Assembly (NCBI GenBank): GCA_944388555.1
Contig: CALXJH010000038.1
Coordinates: 1-36,599, forward strand
Direction of reading: 5' to 3'
Source of the DNA: an uncultured Clostridia bacterium
GTDB lineage: Bacteria > Bacillota > Clostridia > RGIG6154
DNA length: 36,599 nt
The notes beneath the pieces are model-generated. The model made no database searches and was not told the origin of the DNA. It saw nothing but the letters and a program-made list of their open reading frames with translations. Positions 27,866 through 35,499 of the stretch are shown piece by piece; position 1 is the stretch's first letter, and each line of letters opens with the position of its first letter. A program made the translations under genes and the position numbers.

Positions 27866-29485
27866 TTATTTACTCTGTATTTCTGTTTCTTTGCAGTGAT
27901 CCGTTTTAATCATATCCCCTGTGCAGTTTGTCATTTGATTGTTTTGAAAAATCACATGCTCGGTATTATTTAAGGAAGCAAGTAAACTGTCGCAATTTTT
28001 AAACTCATTTCCCGAAATTTCCACTTTCCCGTGAAAATATTTGTCAACTTCTGTACGTTCTCTTGGCTGCATTTCAATCACCGCAGTTCCCCACAGCGCG
28101 TATTTGCAATGATCAAATGTATTGCCTGTAATCAAAACATCTTTTGTTCCGCCCGACTCATACCAGTACTTTCCGTCGCTTTCAAACTTAATAGCACTTC
28201 CGGGCGTCTGAAATAAATTATTGCGTATAACGGTCTTTCCGGCGGAGGCTAAAAGCATGCCGCGCGCACGGTTATTCCGAACAATGCAATTTTCAAAGCA
28301 CACCTCCGGCTTCCAGGAAATCTCATCTGCCACATCCCCTACTTTTACAGTTTCTGTAGTACCATCCAGCACAACCTCCATATAATCCAGATTGATTTTC
28401 CGCACTTCCTGTACAGTAAACTGATGGTAAGGAATCAATGTCTCGGCATTGGAAATCTGCAAAATTGCATCTTTGTCTACAATTTGTATTCCTCTTGCCT
28501 CTGGATGCATAAACTTCAATATCAGCGACCGTTCTGTTTTATCTACAATTTTTAAATAAATGCTATGTACATTTAAAGCGTCATCCAACTGCCCTTCAAA
28601 ATAGCAATCCCGAATACTGATCTTTCCTTTGCAATGCACAAAATGCGTTCCGTCGGCATTGATGGAATAATATCTTCCGTTCCGTGTTCTGGTTGAAAAA
28701 TGATCCACAGAAATTGTATCACTGTTCTGTGCAATGATCCCCATGCCGATTCCGCTGTATAGTGTAACATTTGAAATCGTTGTATTTTCGCTTTGGTTGA
28801 TGAATATATTGGATACACATCTTGTTCTTGACATAAAAACCAGCTTGTTTCCCGGCTGTATTTTCCTGTCTACCCCTTTACCCTCGGCCCGGATTGTTCC
28901 CTTACCTGTTTCAGAAAAATCAATCTTACTGTCCGGTTTATCAAAAAAAGTATCCGCGGCATGTGGTACCAACCACCCGGTTTTCTTATCCACCTCATCA
29001 AAAATACAGAGTTTTTCATGCACACCCTGCCTATCTCCCACATATAAATCTGCGCCGTATACATAATACGGCAAATTGGTTTCCATGCGCATTTCAAACC
29101 AGTTATCCCCTGACGCTACAACCTCTGCTTGTGCATTCAGTGTATTTAAGGATGAAAAAGTGAAATTTTTTACCGTCACGTTTTTAGATTTGGATATAGC
29201 TACCGGGAACAAAATATCATCGAAAATAAATTCGCTTTCGCCGCCGTCTAAAATAAAATTCTCAAAGTTCTCCAACAAAAAACAAATACGCTTTAATCCC
29301 GGATCCGAATGATTCGAAACAGAAAAAAAGGTTTCGCTTGCTTTTTCACTTTTTACATGATATACGCCCTTTTCAAAAACCAAGCCATCTTCGCCCGTTT
29401 TTTTACAATATTCCAGTGCATTTAAAATATTAAATGCCACATCTTTTGTTTTTTCAAACTGTTTGTAATTTACCATTTTACTCAC
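27866..29485 (-). CDS. Right-handed parallel beta-helix repeat protein (pectate-lyase fold, possible glycosidase), with no signal peptide
   Basis: 539 aa. Repeated beta-helix turns are present, including CIVRNNRARGMLLAS, VIRNNLF, LITGNTF and ISGNEF. The N-terminus is hydrophilic. Confidence 0.8.
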   Translation of the reverse strand: MSKMVNYKQFEKTKDVAFNILNALEYCKKTGEDGLVFEKGVYHVKSEKASETFFSVSNHSDPGLKRICFLLENFENFILDGGESEFIFDDILFPVAISKSKNVTVKNFTFSSLNTLNAQAEVVASGDNWFEMRMETNLPYYVYGADLYVGDRQGVHEKLCIFDEVDKKTGWLVPHAADTFFDKPDSKIDFSETGKGTIRAEGKGVDRKIQPGNKLVFMSRTRCVSNIFINQSENTTISNVTLYSGIGMGIIAQNSDTISVDHFSTRTRNGRYYSINADGTHFVHCKGKISIRDCYFEGQLDDALNVHSIYLKIVDKTERSLILKFMHPEARGIQIVDKDAILQISNAETLIPYHQFTVQEVRKINLDYMEVVLDGTTETVKVGDVADEISWKPEVCFENCIVRNNRARGMLLASAGKTVIRNNLFQTPGSAIKFESDGKYWYESGGTKDVLITGNTFDHCKYALWGTAVIEMQPRERTEVDKYFHGKVEISGNEFKNCDSLLASLNNTEHVIFQNNQMTNCTGDMIKTDHCKETEIQSK

Positions 29486-29558
29486 TCTCTCATCTAAAAA
29501 TGTGATTACACCTAAATCCGTTCTAAATTATAGCAGAAATTAGCTTTGAATGCAACCA

Positions 29559-29741
29559 CTATATCTCATCTTCCGAAAGTTCTACCCCATTTTCTATATA
29601 AATTTTTGATATGGCTTCTAAAATTTCTTTTATTTTATCCGCAGACTTAATACTATAAGCATCCGAGAGAACGATGCGCGTATGTCCAAGCACAAAGCTT
29701 TGCACCACATGCTCGGTTTCGCATGAAAAAAATTTTTCCAT
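29559..29741 (-). CDS. 60-aa hypothetical protein, divergent from the recombinase gene (candidate accessory or directionality factor)
   Basis: ATG 9 nt after GGGGAGG. It is co-directional with the beta-helix gene and has an acidic C-terminus. No family was recognised with confidence. Confidence 0.6.
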   Translation of the reverse strand: MEKFFSCETEHVVQSFVLGHTRIVLSDAYSIKSADKIKEILEAISKIYIENGVELSEDEI

Positions 29742-29757
29742 TATTCTATTCCTCCCC

Positions 29758-29785
29758 GTATTTCGTTTTGATTTCTGTCATACAT
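29758..29785 (+). promoter_or_regulatory. Sigma-E-like (mother-cell) promoter motif upstream of recombinase A; speculative
   Basis: GTATTT (29758-29763), a 15-nt spacer, and CATACAT (29779-29785), compared with the remembered B. subtilis SigE consensus ATATT...CATACA-T. This is a motif match only. Confidence 0.25.
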
Positions 29786-29869
29786 CCTTTCTATTCCGAC
29801 CTTCACGTTCTAAAGAAAATCCCTTTGTGCATAAACAATAAACAGATACTATTTCAAGGAGATTATCTT

Positions 29870-31462
29870 ATGAATTATTGTATATATCTTCGCAAATCGC
29901 GCGCCGACGCAGAAGCAGAAACACGCGGTGAAGGAGAAACGCTTTCAAAACATGAACATATTCTGCTTGCACTTGCCAAGCGTATGCAGGTAGATATTGA
30001 TAAAATATATAAAGAAATTGTTTCGGGAGAAACCATTGCGGCAAGGCCAGTTGTACAACAATTGCTATCCGATGTTGAGAAAAGAAAATGGGATGGCGTC
30101 TTTGTTATGGAAATTGAGCGTCTTGCACGCGGAGATACTATGGACCAAGGCTTCATGGCACAGGTCTTTAAATATTCGGGAACAAAAATTATTACACCTA
30201 TAAAAATATATGATCCAGAAAACCCATTTGATGAAGAGTATTTTGAATTTGGACTTTTTATGTCCAGAAGAGAATTTAAAACAATAAACCGCCGCTTACA
30301 ATTAGGCCGCCAAAGCTCTGCCCAGGAAGGAAATTTCTTAGGCAGCATTCCGCCGTACGGATATCAGAAAATAAAAGCAAAACAAGGTAAAGGCTTTACT
30401 TTAAAACCTATACCGCAGGAAGCAGAAATCATTAAGCAGATTTATATAAGCTATGCCATAGGCTGCATTCAAGAGGATGGTACACGTGTTCCGATTGGCA
30501 TTTCTAAAATTGCAAAAAACTTAAATTCCCTGCATATTAAACCTAAAAAGGGGGAATTTTGGAGTGCTTCTTCGGTTCGAGACATTCTAATCAATCCTGT
30601 CTATATCGGTAAAATTCGTTGGAATTTCCGCCCTGTAAAAAAAATCATGAACGATGGAATTCTCCGGCAAACGCGTCCCCGGAATGATAAAAATCATTAT
30701 ATTTTAAACCACGGAAAGCATGTGGCTATTATTTCAGAAGCGCTGTTTATGGAGGCGCAAAAAAGGATGCAGCAGAATCCGCCGCATCCTGTTGCCGGAC
30801 ATGCCACTTTAAAAAATCCACTGTCCGGGATTGTGATTTGTTCAAAATGCGGAAGAACTATGCAAAGACGCCCTTCCGGTAAAAATGGCAAAAGCACTTT
30901 AATGTGCCCTGAGCCTTCCTGTAATAATATCAGCGTTTCACTGGAAGAAGTAGAGAAAAAAATATTAGACGCACTTAGAGCTGCATTACAAAGCTATTCA
31001 CTCAATTCTCAAAATTCCAACCGCGATCTATCATTCCAAACGAATGCGATACAAACCGAAATCAAATTTACAGAAAAGCAGCTTAAGCGTCTGCACCAAC
31101 GCCTCGACAGGCTCTATACCCTGCTGGAGGAAAACATTTATACAAAAGAAATTTTCTTAACGCGATCGTTTGCACTCAAACAAGCGATAGAGAAAAACAC
31201 TGCCGCGCTAAGAAAATTAAACGTACAATTAAACAACCAAATACATGCATCTAAGACCCCACCTCCGTCTATAGACGCTGTTCCTATTTTAAAATTTTAT
31301 AACAAACTGCCGTCCGCGCAGGCAAAAAACGAGTTGTTAAAACAAATTTTAGAAAAAGTTGTCTATACCAAAACAAAAAACGGACAGTGCAAAAACACAA
31401 GTCCGGATGATTTTGAAATTATATTATATCCTAAAATTCCATTTCATAAGGACAAAACTTAA
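29870..31462 (+). CDS. Large serine recombinase (SprA/YokA-like subgroup)
   Basis: Starts at the ATG at 29870, 8 nt after GGAG; the ORF-track extension to 29723 is rejected. The N-terminus YLRKSRADAE carries the catalytic Ser. Conserved blocks: VMEIERLARGD, IITPIKIYDPENPFDEEYFEFGLFMSRREF and PPYGYQK. A Cys-rich zinc-ribbon block (CSKCG...CPEPSCNN) and a coiled coil follow. Confidence 0.92.
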   Translation: MNYCIYLRKSRADAEAETRGEGETLSKHEHILLALAKRMQVDIDKIYKEIVSGETIAARPVVQQLLSDVEKRKWDGVFVMEIERLARGDTMDQGFMAQVFKYSGTKIITPIKIYDPENPFDEEYFEFGLFMSRREFKTINRRLQLGRQSSAQEGNFLGSIPPYGYQKIKAKQGKGFTLKPIPQEAEIIKQIYISYAIGCIQEDGTRVPIGISKIAKNLNSLHIKPKKGEFWSASSVRDILINPVYIGKIRWNFRPVKKIMNDGILRQTRPRNDKNHYILNHGKHVAIISEALFMEAQKRMQQNPPHPVAGHATLKNPLSGIVICSKCGRTMQRRPSGKNGKSTLMCPEPSCNNISVSLEEVEKKILDALRAALQSYSLNSQNSNRDLSFQTNAIQTEIKFTEKQLKRLHQRLDRLYTLLEENIYTKEIFLTRSFALKQAIEKNTAALRKLNVQLNNQIHASKTPPPSIDAVPILKFYNKLPSAQAKNELLKQILEKVVYTKTKNGQCKNTSPDDFEIILYPKIPFHKDKT

Positions 31463-31600
31463 AATCTGAAACCACAGCTATTAAGAATGTTTTATTTTAT
31501 TTTTTCGTTCTTTATAGCTGCGTTATTTTTTTACGGCAACCATACATACTCTACAAACTATTTTTGCTCACTGTTTTTAAGCGTATCCTATGTGTACGGA

Positions 31601-31612
31601 TTCTTCGGTACC
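31601..31612. repeat. Right copy of the 12-bp direct repeat (ttcttcGgtacc)
   Basis: See 27741-27752. Confidence 0.7.
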
Positions 31613-31726
31613 AATATCATTTAATACGCCTTTTCCTTCTTTCAGCGGCATTGCATATCTTTGTGATAAATAACGCAATGACGCGCTCAACTCGCCATCC
31701 GGACCACCGAATGGAAACTGTTTGAG
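31601..31726 (-). pseudogene. cotJC: Middle segment (42 codons) of the split cotJC-type manganese catalase gene
   Basis: Hand translation gives LKQFPFGGPDGELSASLRYLSQRYAMPLKEGKGVLNDIGTEE. For comparison, B. subtilis CotJC reads YLIEQYGGADGELAAALRYLNQRYTIPDKVIGLLTDIGTEE (from memory). After GTEE the frame degenerates (SVHIGYA, then a stop at 31577-31579). Upstream it is cut by the TGA at 31727-31729. Confidence 0.8.
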
Positions 31727-33139
31727 TCATTGGTGGAAAATTAAATGAACCTCTTTACAATCATTTTTCTGATTAAGGGTGATTTCTTTAAAAACAATGC
31801 GTGCAAGTCGGTTTTTTTCCGTATTATCCGCATCACCTTTCAAAATTTGCAGGATACTTTGCGGATGTTCTGAAATATCTGTGCTGTGGTTATCGTTTTG
31901 TACGTATTTTCTTACTGTTTTCAAATCTTTTGCTGCATGCTTTTTAGCCTGCTTGTATTCGTCAAGCGTATAAATGCCGGCTTCATATGCTTCCCGTGCA
32001 CGCTGTAAACGTTTATTCACAGCACAATGCATGTCGGCACCTATCGAAGATCTAAAGTTAATTTGATTTTCTTGTTCAAATAAATATTTTTCTGTTGTAT
32101 TATAAATTTCAGACAGAGCATTCAGAACAATTTTTTCTATATTCTTTGCTGCAATATATCCTACTCCGGAGCACAAGCCTCTTGCTTTCTTGGAACAGCC
32201 AAAATACCCGCCCTGGTTGGAAAGCACAGCGTTACAGATACCACATCTTGCAATACCGACCAGCCAGTGGGATACCTTGCATTTCACAGAAGGCGCATAT
32301 TTTTTAGACTCTTGTTTTAGTCTTTTTAATCTCAACTGCGCAGCATTCCAGGTATCTGTATCTATAATCGGTGCGTGTGTGCCCTGCGCAATTATGGCTG
32401 TTGGAAGGTCATAATTTCTCGAAAGACTGCCTGTCGGATTCCAGCGCATTTTTCCTATATATACCGGATTATGCAGCCAATAAACAATCGTACGGCTTTC
32501 AATTTTGTTTCCTCTGTGGGTTGTAATTCCCCATTCATTAAGTTCCTTTGCAATTTTTAAATATCCGTTTCCTTTTATAAAATCGCTGAAGACTTTTTTT
32601 ATAACAAAAGCTTCATAGGGCTGTACAATATACTTGCCGTCTTTTACTGTATATCCAAACGGAGCACCCGACAACACGCCTCCCCTCTTTGCCTTTTCCG
32701 TCATGCCTCTTTTGACTTCTTCGGCAAGATTCAAACTGTAATATTCATCCATTGCTTCTATAATTGCTTCAAACAGCACCGACATTTTATCGTCCCCTAC
32801 AGGTTCGCTTACAGAAATTACATCAATGCCATATTCTTTCCGGAGCATAGATTTATATACGACGCTGTCCTCACGGCTTCTTGCAAAGCGGCTGTATTTC
32901 CAAACCAGAATCATATCAAATGGTTTTGGTTTGGTTTTAGCCATCGCAATCATTTTATTGAAGGCAGTGCGCCGCTTGGTATTTCGGCCGCTGATTCCCT
33001 CATCTATAAAAATTAGATGTTCATCTAAAACAATATGATTGGAAAATGCATATTTCTTTAATGCCGACAGCTGACTATCCGGACTAAACTCCGCCTGATC
33101 TTCCGTAGATACGCGTATATACCCTGCGGCTCTTTTCAA
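31727..33139 (-). CDS. Large serine recombinase (SpoIVCA/TnpX-like)
   Basis: TTG start after GGAGGGG. The N-terminus GYIRVSTEDQ carries the catalytic Ser. Further blocks: WKYSRFARSREDSVVYKSML, a recombinase domain and a Cys-rich zinc-ribbon block (CGICN...CSKKARGLCS). The stop codon abuts the catalase middle segment in the same frame. Confidence 0.92.
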   Translation of the reverse strand: MKRAAGYIRVSTEDQAEFSPDSQLSALKKYAFSNHIVLDEHLIFIDEGISGRNTKRRTAFNKMIAMAKTKPKPFDMILVWKYSRFARSREDSVVYKSMLRKEYGIDVISVSEPVGDDKMSVLFEAIIEAMDEYYSLNLAEEVKRGMTEKAKRGGVLSGAPFGYTVKDGKYIVQPYEAFVIKKVFSDFIKGNGYLKIAKELNEWGITTHRGNKIESRTIVYWLHNPVYIGKMRWNPTGSLSRNYDLPTAIIAQGTHAPIIDTDTWNAAQLRLKRLKQESKKYAPSVKCKVSHWLVGIARCGICNAVLSNQGGYFGCSKKARGLCSGVGYIAAKNIEKIVLNALSEIYNTTEKYLFEQENQINFRSSIGADMHCAVNKRLQRAREAYEAGIYTLDEYKQAKKHAAKDLKTVRKYVQNDNHSTDISEHPQSILQILKGDADNTEKNRLARIVFKEITLNQKNDCKEVHLIFHQ

Positions 33140-33324
33140 TCCAACCCCTCCACGCTATCAGGACTCTGTCGCTTGACTTTTCTTCCGTAATAGCTTTCGA
33201 GGATTCTTATTTCCGATTGTATTTTCCACTTGTTTAATTGCGATTCTGTGTCAAATGCTTCCTCAAATCGTTTTTGCAGCCCTCCTTTACACGATATGTA
33301 ATTTATTACATTACAGGCATTCAT
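33136..33324 (-). CDS. 62-aa hypothetical protein translationally coupled to recombinase B
   Basis: ATG at 33324, 7 nt after GGAGGTG. Its TGA stop overlaps the recombinase TTG start (TTGA). The ORF-track start at 33363 lacks an RBS. Confidence 0.6.
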   Translation of the reverse strand: MNACNVINYISCKGGLQKRFEEAFDTESQLNKWKIQSEIRILESYYGRKVKRQSPDSVEGLD

Positions 33325-33343
33325 ATAAATCACCTCCGATATT

Positions 33344-33372
33344 ATTGTATGGATAAATGGCAAAAAAATAAC
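33344..33372 (-). promoter_or_regulatory. Sigma-E-like promoter motif upstream of the small-ORF/recombinase B unit; speculative
   Basis: The minus strand reads GTTATTT (33372-33366), a 14-nt spacer, and CATACAAT (33351-33344). This is a motif match only, and the -35 overlaps the rfbB terminator. Confidence 0.25.
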
Positions 33373-33399
33373 GCCTGTGAAAACACAAACGTTATTTTT
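33364..33399 (-). terminator. Rho-independent terminator of the rfb genes
   Basis: aaaaataacg (33364-33373) pairs with cgttattttt (33390-33399). The minus strand ends in a T-run. Confidence 0.7.
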
Positions 33400-33407
33400 A
33401 CTGTTAT

Positions 33408-34430
33408 TTATAAATCACATCGGTCGCCGTACATTTTTTCATAATATTGTACATATTCGCCGCTGATTATCTTTTCCCACCAGGATCGGTTATCTAAGTA
33501 CCACTGCACTGTTTTTACTATGCCGTCCTCAAATTTTGTTTCCGGCAGCCATCCTAAGGTGCGATGTATTTTTGTAGGGTCAATGGCATAGCGCATGTCG
33601 TGTCCTTTTCGGTCTGCGACATATGTAATCAGGCTTTCGGGTTTATCAAGCAATTTTAAGATTATTTTAACAATCTCAATATTAGATTTTTCATTATGAC
33701 CGCCGATATTGTAAACTTCTCCGGCTTTTCCTTGATGCAGAATCAAATCAATTGCCTTGCAGTGATCTTCAACATATAGCCAGTCCCGTACATTCAGCCC
33801 ATTGCCATACACGGGCAAAGGTTTATCGTTTAAAGCATTTACAATCATCAAAGGAATCAGCTTTTCAGGAAAATGATAGGGGCCATAGTTATTCGAACAG
33901 CGTGAAATAGTAACCGGCAAGCCGTATGTTCTGCCATAAGCCTGTACCAGCAAATCTGCACTGGCTTTAGACGCACTGTATGGACTTGACGTGTGGATGG
34001 GCGTTTCCTCGGTAAAAAACAGGTCCGGCTGATCTAAGGGCAAATCACCATACACTTCATCGGTCGATACCTGATGATACCTTTGTATACCATATTTACG
34101 GCATGCATCCATCAAAACCTGCGTTCCCATGATATTGGTCAGAAGAAAAACTTCCGGATTTTCAATGGAACGGTCCACATGGCTTTCCGCTGCAAAATTT
34201 ACTATCATATCGGGCTTTTCTTCTTCGAACAGCTTATAAACTGCCTTTCTGTCGGCAATATCCCCTTTAATAAATTTAATCTTATCCATCACAGGCTGCA
34301 ATGTTTCAATATTTCCGGCATAGGTCAGCTTATCGAGTACAATCAAACGATCATTCGGATATTTTTTCACCATATAGTGAACAAAGTTTCCGCCTATAAA
34401 CCCTGCGCCGCCCGTTATTACAATCTTCAT
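33408..34430 (-). CDS. rfbB: dTDP-glucose 4,6-dehydratase
   Basis: [21 protein letters not shown] Rossmann motif, the [11 protein letters not shown] catalytic YxxxK, and a length of 340 aa. Confidence 0.95.
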   Translation of the reverse strand: MKIVITGGAGFIGGNFVHYMVKKYPNDRLIVLDKLTYAGNIETLQPVMDKIKFIKGDIADRKAVYKLFEEEKPDMIVNFAAESHVDRSIENPEVFLLTNIMGTQVLMDACRKYGIQRYHQVSTDEVYGDLPLDQPDLFFTEETPIHTSSPYSASKASADLLVQAYGRTYGLPVTISRCSNNYGPYHFPEKLIPLMIVNALNDKPLPVYGNGLNVRDWLYVEDHCKAIDLILHQGKAGEVYNIGGHNEKSNIEIVKIILKLLDKPESLITYVADRKGHDMRYAIDPTKIHRTLGWLPETKFEDGIVKTVQWYLDNRSWWEKIISGEYVQYYEKMYGDRCDL

Positions 34431-34433
34431 AAA

Positions 34434-35297
34434 CTATTCCTCCAACAATGAAAGCACATACTTTCCATAATCCGTCATACTTAACTCTTCTCCGATTTTC
34501 TTAAGCTGAGATTGATTGATAAATCCTCTGCGCCACGCAATTTCCTCAATGCAGGAAACATATACTCCCTGCATTTCCTGTATTGTTTGCACAAACTCGC
34601 TCGCTTTTATCATGGAAGCGGGCGTTCCAGTGTCCAGCCAAACCATTCCTCTTTGCATGATTTGCACATGAAGTTTTCCTTTTTCTAAATATGCATTGTT
34701 TACCGCTGTAATTTCTAACTCACCGCGCGCGGACGGCTGAATTTGTTTTGCGATCTCAACAACCGTATTATCATAAAAATACAAACCCGGAACAGCGTAA
34801 TTAGACTTGGGGTTTTTCGGTTTTTCTTCTAAAGAAATTACATTTCTGTCCGCGTCAAACGCTACAACGCCAAAAGATGTTGGATTTTTCACATAATAGC
34901 CGAATATAACTGCGCCATCCAGATTTTTCTTTGCATTTATAAGAATTTTTGTAAAATCTTTACCATAAAAAATATTATCTCCCAGAATAAGGCACACACT
35001 ATCGTCTCCAATAAAGTGCTGGCCAATAATAAAAGCCTGTGCAAGCCCTTTGGGCTGTTCCTGTATTGCATAGGAAATCGATATACCCAGTTTGGAGCCA
35101 TCTCCCAAAAGGCGCTGATAAACGGAGATATCCTCCGGCGTTGATATGATAAGAATCTCCCGGATACCTGCCAGCATCAGGCTGGAAAGCGGATAATAAA
35201 TCATAGGTTTATCATAAATAGGAAGCAGCTGCTTTGATACTGCTTTCGTCATAGGATAAAGACGGGTCCCCCGCCCGCCCGCTAATATAATACCTTT
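34434..35297 (-). CDS. rfbA: Glucose-1-phosphate thymidylyltransferase
   Basis: [39 protein letters not shown]. Start taken at the ATG at 35297, 6 nt after GAGGTG, rather than at 35330. Confidence 0.95.
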   Translation of the reverse strand, partial: KGIILAGGRGTRLYPMTKAVSKQLLPIYDKPMIYYPLSSLMLAGIREILIISTPEDISVYQRLLGDGSKLGISISYAIQEQPKGLAQAFIIGQHFIGDDSVCLILGDNIFYGKDFTKILINAKKNLDGAVIFGYYVKNPTSFGVVAFDADRNVISLEEKPKNPKSNYAVPGLYFYDNTVVEIAKQIQPSARGELEITAVNNAYLEKGKLHVQIMQRGMVWLDTGTPASMIKASEFVQTIQEMQGVYVSCIEEIAWRRGFINQSQLKKIGEELSMTDYGKYVLSLLEE

Positions 35298-35499
35298 CAT
35301 TTGCGGCACCTCATCTATTCTATAATACATTTTTCTGCTGTATGCAAAACATAAATTCAGCTTCTGTCTTAAACAAATCCATCCCCCTGGTCTTAATGCG
35401 GAAGTGACTGCATAATGGCGTAGGATAAACGCAAGCGTTTATTATTCTGAGCAGCTGTATCCTGGATTTACTTACATTACGCCAAAATAATACTGTTAT

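Larger units (their letters stand above)
27753..31612. mobile_element. 3.86-kb intervening element in the Mn-catalase gene (beta-helix protein, 60-aa ORF, large serine recombinase)
   Basis: It is bounded by the 12-bp direct repeats and separates two in-order, same-strand fragments of one gene. The recombinase gene ends 138 bp from the right junction. The exact crossover inside the repeat cannot be placed. Confidence 0.75.
31727..33400. mobile_element. Minimum visible extent of a second element interrupting the catalase gene; distal boundary unknown
   Basis: The catalase homology stops at 31726 and recombinase B begins there. No copy of the junction sequence and no catalase N-terminal codons were found up to the window end at 36599. 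Confidence 0.45.

Noticed and set aside
29723-29869. 49-codon N-terminal extension of recombinase A in the ORF track
   Set aside because: There is no RBS, and the extension overlaps the divergent 60-aa gene and its RBS. The ATG at 29870 has a GGAG RBS and starts right at the conserved YLRKSR catalytic N-terminus.
29870-33139. The two serine recombinases as a ccrAB-like pair of one element, or as an invertase switch
   Set aside because: They are convergent and separated by a genuine host-gene segment. The repeats flanking element A are direct and both catalase fragments are co-oriented, so the geometry predicts deletion, not inversion.
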